A DNA stretch of 40,931 nucleotides from IMG/VR virus record IMGVR_UViG_3300020313_000003, positions 1-40,931 of that record. One strand, given 5' to 3'. Position 1 is the first letter of the stretch; each line of letters opens with the position of its first letter. Position numbers and translations under genes: made by a program. Below, piece after piece: positions 12,001 through 18,515 of the stretch. Below the pieces are notes generated by a model. It was given only the letters and a program-made list of their open reading frames with translations. It made no database searches and had not been told where the DNA came from. The DNA is from a virus. Its lineage: Duplodnaviria; Caudoviricetes.

Positions 12001-15000
12001 CCCTGGCAAAGCCCTATTTGATCGGCTGGACTTAGCCAGGGAAATGGTGGCCGATGACCCTGGGCGCCTGGCCAGCCCAACCGGGTGGATGGAAACCATG
12101 CAAGCAGCCGGCGTGTGGGGAAACATCCTGGTCCCCCCAGGGCTGATGAAAACGATAGTAGAGCGCCCTGGGCAATACGTCGGGCTCCTCGAGGGGGGCT
12201 ATCACGAAAACCAGACAAAGCCTGGAGTTTACCAGGCAGCCAGGGACGGACTCAACTGGACCAAGAAGATGGGCCGGGAGCTTAACAAGACTGGCGCCGT
12301 CCCCGAATGGAATACGGTCCTGCACCATTTCTGGGGACTGCTATCCCGCCGAGCCACACCAGTCCAGCAGGAAGCCATGTGGCTCCGGATGCTTACGCAC
12401 CGGCCTATCCTGGACTCAATCCAGAGAAGCATCAACGGGACATTTTCCGCCTGGGCAGTAGAGCAATTCAAGACAAACAGAAAAGAGCTGCTAAAGAAAA
12501 CCAGGCAAATGCGAACCAATGACAAGGGAAAGGTTCGGCCCTTAGACGAAAGGGATGCCTGGATCGCCCTGGTAATTGACGCCAGGGAAGCCACGGCAGA
12601 TGGGTCAGCTTTACCAGGCGGCGCTCCTATGGGCAACAATGTCACCAGCAACGCCAATGACTTTTTTGCCATGCTTACATTCTGGGATGGCAGATGGGGC
12701 GAGGTTTCCGATGTCTACTGGACCAACGATTCTATAGAGATGGGGCGCCGGTTCCACTCCCTGGGCGATGATGCGGTAGGGATCCAGAACAAGGTTCAAA
12801 GGTTCGTTGGCCTTACTTACGGAATTCCTGGGCTGATCATGGACCGGTGGAAGTTTGTGGAATTCTGGCTGCCCGACCTGATGAAGGAAATGCGGGTGAG
12901 GAAGCCCAAGAACTTCTTCAAATATGGGAAGACCGAGGCGTCCAGGGCAACCCCTGAAGATCCTTCCAGCCTGTATGGGTTCTATTCTCTGATCGAAAGC
13001 CAAAGCCCGGTATTCTCCCTGGCGTTTTACGAGATGATGGAGACTGGCCTGGAGGTGGCCATCGACAACAGCCCCGAGCTCAAGAGATTCCTGGGGCCGA
13101 ATGCAAACGTGGGCGGCTTGCACTGGCACGGGTGGAACGCGATCAAGAACGAGGCAGTGGGGCACTCGAGCCTGGACCTTTCACTTGATCTTCTCAAGAA
13201 CTACGGGTTAAAGTCCAACGCTGCCGCCGTCGAGAAGACGATCAAGGCCGGCAACTACTACACCGAAACCCAGAAGGCAGATGGCACAGTCGAACGATTC
13301 ACAATCTCCAAGGGAGTCCCAAGCGCCACCCGTCAGGAGCGGGTTCCCGATGGACCCAGAGACCGAGCCCTGGGAAGACGCCGCGATGCAAAAGGCCCAG
13401 GACGCGGCAATAGAAAAGATCAGGAAACTTTCGCCATAGGCCCGGTCTTTGCCTCTGGCCTTTCCAAGGGGCCGACAGATATTCGAGAGGCGATCAAGCA
13501 AGGCAAGCCGGTAGGCATTGCAGCTACCTATGGTATCCCTCTTCCTGGCCCAGGAGGAGTAACTGAAACCGGGAAGCCGGCGTTTCAGCGAGAGCCGTCT
13601 GACACAATTAGGACTCTCCTCCGCGATTACCTGAACAAGGGCGGCCAGGTGTTTATTGATTCCGGCGCGTTTACCGACTTCCGAGCGGGACGCATGACTG
13701 ACTTTGTAGGAGTTTTCCAAACCTACGAACGCTTCTCCGAAGGGGTAGACCCTGGCAACCTGGAGAACCTCTATGTGGTGGCTCCCGATGTGATTGGGAA
13801 CCCAGGAGAAACAGAGCTGTTGCAAATGGACTTTATCAAAGAGTCTGCTGCGCTTGCCGACAAAGGCGCCCAAATCATTGTTCCTGTCCAAACAGGCCAG
13901 GGCTCCCTGGTTGAAACTGTCCTTCGCTCTTTTTCCTCTCTGCAAGAATATTGGCCATCAAAGGAATGGTGGAGCGCCCCTATTGTAGGGGTGGCATACG
14001 AGGAGAAATCCTGGGGCAAAGAAGAGGTTGTCGATTTTATCAAGGCTTATGAAGGGATCGGCGTTGACGAAGATACCCATGCTGACTTGCACGAAATTTT
14101 CAGCGCCCCTCCCACTATCCATCTCCTGGGCGGAGGCAGCGCAAAGGTCCAGGACATCGAGGACACGGTAGGAGGGACTGAAGTCACTATCCAGGGAGAC
14201 TCTCTATTCAAGGGAGCTTCCCGCCGTAAGAGCACCAGGGCCAAGCGCCCCGAGCAGGGCGAGCTCAGTTTCGCCATAGTCCCGGCGGAAATGGTAGAGG
14301 CCCACCGCCAGGCAGAAGCAAACATGGACGAAGAGGAAGGCCAGCGCCTGGTTGACGAGGCTGCTGCCATGTCCCCGTTCACAATGCCAGTCTGGCACGG
14401 GAGCGGAATGCACTCTTTTGAAGGCCCCCCGTCTCACCCAGGTGCGTCAAAACAACGGGGGGACGCCCCTTCCGGGTGGAATCTAAGCCCATCGGCCAAA
14501 GGAGAGTTTTCCGACGATAGGCGCTTTTTCCGAATGAGGCAAATGGAGACAGGTCGTGCAGGGGCCATCTACTTTACTATGGATCCTCGCCACCATGCTT
14601 TTTCCAGGGCTTTTGGGGATGTCCGCAAATACTTTATCAACCCAGGGAGAGTGGCCGATTTAACCAGGGAAACCAACTCCCCGGAATTCCAGCAACTGCT
14701 TGAAAACTACAACAAGCACTACGAAAAGGCCGGCTTTCAAATTGCACCTCGACCAGAGGAGAAAGGGTTCGTGGGTTACACCAAGGAAAACGCTCCCCCA
14801 AGTTGGGAACTGTTTGATGATCTCGAAGCTGGTGCCGCTGACTTTTTGATGAACGGAGACTATGATGCGTTTATCCTGGAAGAACGACTTGCTGGTAAAC
14901 TTCCGCCATCGCTATGGGAAAATAGAGGGATCACGGACACAATTAAGTCTATCGCCATCCTGGATCCCTCGAGGGTAAAATCCGGAGAGCCTTTTACCTA

Positions 15001-18000
15001 CGAGTGGGAACCAAACAACCCGATGGAGACAAAGACCCTGGTCCCCCTGGACGAGCGGTTTGATCCCAATATCCCTGACGTTTCCTACGCTATCAGCCCG
15101 GCGGAAGGGTTCGACCCTCTCCTCGAGGCGATCACCGACAAGATCAACGACTCCGCTGAAGGAGTAGTCGAGTTCCTGGAAAAGATCCGGGACCGGGTTG
15201 CAGAGATCAAAGCCCAATACGAAAGCGACCGGGCGTCCATTCTGGTGTCAGAGTCTTACGACGAAGGAGGAGCAGAGATTGATTTCGAGGGAGGAGTCAA
15301 AACTGGAGACCTGGACCTGCGAGCGGCCCTGGCTTACCTGGGCGCGATCCAGAAGGTGCTCCCCAGGGAGATCCAGGGATTTGTGGGCACGGCGCAAAGG
15401 CTGGCAGATTTCAAAACTATGGACGCAATGTCCAAGGAGCTTGCCAGGAGAATCCCCAGGATCGAAGCCGCATTAGAAAACTACCTGGCCAGGAGCCACC
15501 GAAAGTCGATCCGCAAGATCCTCAAGAAAGGTGCTGCAAAAGTAAGCAACTCGAGGAAGGCCACTGGTAAAATCGGGCCAGCCGGCCATGCGATTTTCAA
15601 GGAAGCCAGGCTGGCAATGAGATTGCAGCTCACAGAAGATGAGAAGCGAGCCGACCGGACCCTCCAGGAGAAAGGCGAAGAGATGGCCCAGAGTCTCCTG
15701 GACCAGATCGAAGACAATGACAGCCTGGACCTGGACGAAGTGGATGAGCTGGATGGCAGAGCCGCCGCCTGGTTGTTGTTCACGGACTTCCAGAATGCCA
15801 ACTCCGAGCGCCTACGCAAAGGGCTGGACTTGTTATCGGACACCTACAGCGAAGGCCGGGAGAAGTGGTTGCGAGTCCTGGGCGCCAGGAAGGCTCAACG
15901 AGAAGCCAGGCTCCAGGCCATCGAAAAGCTGATAAAAGACAAGACCAGGGCTGGACGCGCTGCTTCGATCAGGGCTGATGAACACGCTCTCAAACGGATC
16001 AGCGAAGGATTCATGTCCGCGTTTACTTCCGGATCACAGATGGTTCGGCGCCTGGGCGAGACGACCAACGATGAAGATATCAAGGCGATGCTGGAGGAAA
16101 TGGAGGAAGCCCTGGCAGCCGCTGAAGACCAGGAGACTGACCTGGACTACCAGGACAACGAAGCGTTTGCCGAGGCGCTTTACCGAATCCTGGGCGTGAA
16201 ATACGAGCACCAGTTATCTCGCAAAATCAAAAAGCATTCGACCGCGCCTGACAGCGAAGTTCCTGTGACCTCCCTCGAGGGAAGAAAGACCAGGAAGTAT
16301 TCTATTTCCAAGCTCGAGGCGGAGAGAATTGCCAACGGGGAAGCAACAGGATTTACCGGGAAAGGCGAATGGATAGAGCTGACCCTGGGGATGCGCCACG
16401 CAATCGAGGAAGCCTGGGAAAACTTTGAGGAACTGACCGAGGAAGAGCAATCCGGGAAGCGGGTGCTGAAATTTGAGGTAGTCGAAGCGACCGGCAGCAG
16501 AAAAAGCCTGGGCCTCCGGACTGATCTCGAGCTGCTAAACCTATGGCTAACCATGCGCCAGCCTGACCAGGCAGAGAAGTTGCATCGCCTGGGATATGAC
16601 CAAACAACCCAGAGAGAGCTCGAGGCTTATTTACCAGCAGAGGTGATCGCCCTGGGAGAATGGATGGCCGAATATCTGCGCCAGGACCAGGAGACTATTG
16701 ACCGATTGCACCGGGCGGAAAAAGGAATAGGCATGAACCTGGTCGAGAACTATTGGCCAGTCCGGAATGATGTTAGCGGCCAGGACTACGACGACCTGCA
16801 ACTGGACGGGAACCAGAAACAGTCTGGGCGCTCTGTCAGCTTCACTATGCAGCGGGTGACCAACAACGCGGAACCCGCTATCGCTGACGCCCTGGGAGTT
16901 TTCCTGGCTCACCGGTCTCAGGTGAATTTTTACAAAGCCCATGTTGCAACTCTTCGAGAGTGGGGCGGCCTGGTCAGACACGAAAGATTTTCCAACGCCG
17001 TCAGGCGCTCCCTGGGCGACACCTTCTACGGTGCCCTCTCTCACAGAATGGAGCGGATCCAAAACGGAGGGGTGATGAAAGCTGGCCGTGCCCTGCTCTT
17101 TGATCGCCTGGTAAAGGGACTGAAAAAGCGAACCTCCCTGGGGATCCTGGGCTGGCGCTTGTCCACTATCATGGTGAACTTTACCGCCGCTCTGAACTCC
17201 TTCCTGGAAATACCCGCCAGAGAGCTCCTAAAAGGGCTCCTGCTGGCTTCCAAGAGGCCGGGCGCATGGAAGGAAGCCTGGAACTCTCCAGGCATCCGGA
17301 GACGCCTGAGAGACGGCGCAACGTATGAAGCCCAGATTGCCAAGGCCAGGGGACCGCAACGCCGCCCAATCATTAGCCAACTCGAGAAGACCGCCGAAAA
17401 GGGAATCACTCCCATCAACTACGCTGATGTGGGCGCCAATATGCTAGGCGCAGTGGCCGTCTATGAATACACCAGGACAAAGTCCCTGGAAGCCGGCGCT
17501 ACAGAAGAACAAGCAAAACAGGAGGGAGAAAAGGCAGTGGACCGGCTCATGGCAAGAGCAGCTCAACCCGCCCAGCGTTTTACCAGGAGTGAGATGGAAC
17601 ACCGAGCCCTGGAGAACCCATTGGCCGCCTTGTTTGCTTTGTTTGTATCGGAGCCCAGAAAGAACCTTTCCGTGGCCATCCTATCCGCCAGGCAACTTGC
17701 CACCGGCAAAGGGATCTACGATTCCAAGGCAATGGCGGCCCAGGCATTTGCCACATCATCCTTTTTCCTACTCGCCCTGGAGCACATAATCCGACTGTCC
17801 TACCAGGCAGTCTTCAGAGCAGATGAGGACGATGAAGAAAAAGTCCTGGACCGCGTGATAGAAAAGCTGACTGACGGCAAAGCCTGGGCGCATCGCCTTG
17901 CTGCAAATCATGCAGCGGGGATCCCTATTTATGGGCCGGCTTACGAATGGGTAGTGGGCAGTTTGGTCAACTCATCTGCCATTCCTGGGGAGGACGTTTA

Positions 18001-18514
18001 CCAGTTTACCAATACGGAAAACCCCGCTGTTCGAGCAGTCGAAAAGCTAGGGCGCGGAACCAAAAAATTTATCGACGCCCAGGACGAAGACAGCAAAGAA
18101 GAATCCCTGGATGCTACGATAGATATGATCCAGGCCGGGGGCAACCTGATCCCTGGTGGGCCGCTGTTTGCCCAGCTTGCCAATGTCGGGGAAGCCACCC
18201 TGGGCTTTACCAGCTCCAATCTCACGGACGAAGGACGCCGTGCCAGGTTCAAAGGACGATTCAACAAATACAAAAAATCCCTGACAGAACTCCTGGGGCC
18301 GACGACCAACAAGGAAACAGGGGAAACCGACAAGGACATCCAGCAGCAAAAATGGGACGCCCAGACAGCTTACCTGCTCGAGGCCCTGGCTCCCCTGGAA
18401 ACTGACCAGATCATCGAGCTCACCCAGGAACTGTCTATTTCCAAGGCCGTGCGGGAGGAGATCGAGTTCGGGCTTCTAAATGGCCTGGATACAACTACAA
18501 TAGAAGACGAGTGA
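6005..18514 (+). CDS. Giant internal virion / polyvalent protein (4169 aa) with degenerate zincin, two ADP-ribosyltransferase-like, HhH-like and TGT/DpdA-like domains
   Basis: Occupies the gp16 position before the tail fibre; motifs YHGT..GYGLYF, WHGS..AIYFT, FIDSGAF..PDVIG..IHLLG, GIQNKVQRF..IMDRW; repeated linker motif. Confidence 0.8.
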   Translation: MSSPFMMAQAAAGQEEEEEASWAPKRTGLPGLLLGDDREFAEELKKRGLLEDYQGLLGLFGGSPALGDDPLWLKKKYQEKAAFQEISPNLPTEVAAAGYAAMNNLDADDLSGRIAALTKEAQKLDTEDKIFSKALTDASLAFLAGSPQDVEKIKELQGRATTEFEKPFATRGWKYGRERAAGYFTGEIPARARQAVGLLRLAMGETTENLPWDIPEEAKGLDDVMEDLASWAINQSEDDLNKWQQAVKMLAESELVGAVEPGFWGRANQILNQPLAKSASAIGAANVQFQSKIAEGLELMTGDLVKKLPGWATSESLQKGADWWSFRQRMWNFLDQDIAPWVDMEEAGIVKKGLYAAYESAPFFAMAALGGPMGLASGGMMEAGMVDLELRQRYGDDIDPAARNAIALGTGAINAALERWAWKGTAWAGRSAGKNLINPVYQALRAKNMRAALTRAGVKGVAARATRGFGALAGATAIEFAEESVQDLTSAALSEVANVVVPDLMPEHSWREHIKEWNNHHGVRLFAVLPYAILGAGGRAYVQRSNIDELRGMLSDTEGLRESGVFTSEEELKEFAEEAKSDPVVAADNFQERYEEGTGETRNANRDNLTNSQARAQAEETGEIIVNQQATEGYQVIIPGQESIHANTIVEAQEVAALAQLAKDAGTLSKLPDLIKQHQEAKVAKEPDDLETATNRVEAERTEAIEEQAEAEKARRPMTVVDVLTGEERIAKPNEVTEERKKAWEAEHGLPFVGDVAILGATEIGLAPGPNLPHVRGGKAGVAHAVIKLYRGASPVTFTEEQAEGFLRVSLKNGDIELEDARQRLAALGRDLGMDFALDTTEGVIESFSELAVAYVSGSLTPEDLQRLPGKFANWLRKFAEFLANSLRMVRGLREYREMGELDSTLEGWVREAVGLNPLQAMEETVEEQVEQLEEDSAAQETPFQGYTLDEIIIPDDVREAIAEMAQAADERFMASDEIIMAQSEEEAQAFAASAYDMERAALDEQIAWERQYYSEPTAEEIQEFYDEQRADAAFYEQGRRREQLEAELGGLTSWKDSQFYDAFIGPGASYVLSKNRAKTLGKWDPKYGPHGEWDSQPQGVKRIKGGKTVKGKKKVAHAASEVPQYYFKDLWAPKGTPADQLYFPSDLGHLAYNQSDQLGNRQPIEGTTSPDAAGFWAAFVYAVDQDQRRIEIENELEEMEREAGLEKVSPTFSIAPKGAGLEEIRANADKQAEQEHQERILPETPFGDQPYNRVAEYYDIETHDPARRSWRPAGIGYAGYQYTRHDFAGQAIDPNSVGGYAFMPRRHEYFVKLQEQFEKEAPVRDDRVAQKIGGQWVFPPNKITHEDYEEWFQQKIRDGEVPILRTVPFKFTSLADSLQAMGGVMTRAEAKRAGLTQAQLDREYGNVIPVDQIPPHLRSIIFGEARFAESLASEATDKRALESRGTSTRAKTKRLPSEIAAELSNPESPFFPRNKVIPELLGRIEKNMAYVWKDRGVNQEQELDIRARRDNNTQDKPETYDPIFEKAVDQWGEKTETPGAYEFWDAIRYRMPEAFIAFPRSPKARPKDKGGPRSDFRYEPLYGKTSQAQTEQGELTFSIAPSRMTPGDSTRVIVTQEQTLVGPATFAIAGYHGTRHKIPKFEMDKVGQGIGAQVWGYGLYFGGARDIGEDYAQMMANQHSPYAVSFRKGQEIPTVPPSPLLPDNTYDVGPNWFVKDTRTDERVTDYMTVDEADEAFDRLSLEAMNQYKVELDVEPEQLLFADTPFSQQSEFVQETLRKIIPAWTRFLPEGQGIVVDGSTWEDRSHVYPFDDEHVKTLLQLTYDEEMDSYKMPDGTYVNITQWAQSKGMIARKVSEALLSAGIKGIAYEEGTAARALDRAMMRRRKSMRSGQGHPLYDPGAAERWQDLPDAQSYVIFDENDIKILEENGKPIALENHQVTYAVAPRHTPPPGAEVNQVELKKKGKPTKIGPLPTWTVPKDTKQSLGKKILAANHAKDGIPGKALFDRLDLAREMVADDPGRLASPTGWMETMQAAGVWGNILVPPGLMKTIVERPGQYVGLLEGGYHENQTKPGVYQAARDGLNWTKKMGRELNKTGAVPEWNTVLHHFWGLLSRRATPVQQEAMWLRMLTHRPILDSIQRSINGTFSAWAVEQFKTNRKELLKKTRQMRTNDKGKVRPLDERDAWIALVIDAREATADGSALPGGAPMGNNVTSNANDFFAMLTFWDGRWGEVSDVYWTNDSIEMGRRFHSLGDDAVGIQNKVQRFVGLTYGIPGLIMDRWKFVEFWLPDLMKEMRVRKPKNFFKYGKTEASRATPEDPSSLYGFYSLIESQSPVFSLAFYEMMETGLEVAIDNSPELKRFLGPNANVGGLHWHGWNAIKNEAVGHSSLDLSLDLLKNYGLKSNAAAVEKTIKAGNYYTETQKADGTVERFTISKGVPSATRQERVPDGPRDRALGRRRDAKGPGRGNRKDQETFAIGPVFASGLSKGPTDIREAIKQGKPVGIAATYGIPLPGPGGVTETGKPAFQREPSDTIRTLLRDYLNKGGQVFIDSGAFTDFRAGRMTDFVGVFQTYERFSEGVDPGNLENLYVVAPDVIGNPGETELLQMDFIKESAALADKGAQIIVPVQTGQGSLVETVLRSFSSLQEYWPSKEWWSAPIVGVAYEEKSWGKEEVVDFIKAYEGIGVDEDTHADLHEIFSAPPTIHLLGGGSAKVQDIEDTVGGTEVTIQGDSLFKGASRRKSTRAKRPEQGELSFAIVPAEMVEAHRQAEANMDEEEGQRLVDEAAAMSPFTMPVWHGSGMHSFEGPPSHPGASKQRGDAPSGWNLSPSAKGEFSDDRRFFRMRQMETGRAGAIYFTMDPRHHAFSRAFGDVRKYFINPGRVADLTRETNSPEFQQLLENYNKHYEKAGFQIAPRPEEKGFVGYTKENAPPSWELFDDLEAGAADFLMNGDYDAFILEERLAGKLPPSLWENRGITDTIKSIAILDPSRVKSGEPFTYEWEPNNPMETKTLVPLDERFDPNIPDVSYAISPAEGFDPLLEAITDKINDSAEGVVEFLEKIRDRVAEIKAQYESDRASILVSESYDEGGAEIDFEGGVKTGDLDLRAALAYLGAIQKVLPREIQGFVGTAQRLADFKTMDAMSKELARRIPRIEAALENYLARSHRKSIRKILKKGAAKVSNSRKATGKIGPAGHAIFKEARLAMRLQLTEDEKRADRTLQEKGEEMAQSLLDQIEDNDSLDLDEVDELDGRAAAWLLFTDFQNANSERLRKGLDLLSDTYSEGREKWLRVLGARKAQREARLQAIEKLIKDKTRAGRAASIRADEHALKRISEGFMSAFTSGSQMVRRLGETTNDEDIKAMLEEMEEALAAAEDQETDLDYQDNEAFAEALYRILGVKYEHQLSRKIKKHSTAPDSEVPVTSLEGRKTRKYSISKLEAERIANGEATGFTGKGEWIELTLGMRHAIEEAWENFEELTEEEQSGKRVLKFEVVEATGSRKSLGLRTDLELLNLWLTMRQPDQAEKLHRLGYDQTTQRELEAYLPAEVIALGEWMAEYLRQDQETIDRLHRAEKGIGMNLVENYWPVRNDVSGQDYDDLQLDGNQKQSGRSVSFTMQRVTNNAEPAIADALGVFLAHRSQVNFYKAHVATLREWGGLVRHERFSNAVRRSLGDTFYGALSHRMERIQNGGVMKAGRALLFDRLVKGLKKRTSLGILGWRLSTIMVNFTAALNSFLEIPARELLKGLLLASKRPGAWKEAWNSPGIRRRLRDGATYEAQIAKARGPQRRPIISQLEKTAEKGITPINYADVGANMLGAVAVYEYTRTKSLEAGATEEQAKQEGEKAVDRLMARAAQPAQRFTRSEMEHRALENPLAALFALFVSEPRKNLSVAILSARQLATGKGIYDSKAMAAQAFATSSFFLLALEHIIRLSYQAVFRADEDDEEKVLDRVIEKLTDGKAWAHRLAANHAAGIPIYGPAYEWVVGSLVNSSAIPGEDVYQFTNTENPAVRAVEKLGRGTKKFIDAQDEDSKEESLDATIDMIQAGGNLIPGGPLFAQLANVGEATLGFTSSNLTDEGRRARFKGRFNKYKKSLTELLGPTTNKETGETDKDIQQQKWDAQTAYLLEALAPLETDQIIELTQELSISKAVREEIEFGLLNGLDTTTIEDE

Positions 18515-18515
18515 A

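Noticed and set aside
6005-18514. Virion RNA polymerase (N4-like) or DarB methylase/helicase identity for the giant ORF
   Set aside because: No polymerase catalytic motifs, no NPPY/FxGxG methylase motifs and no SF2 helicase motifs found
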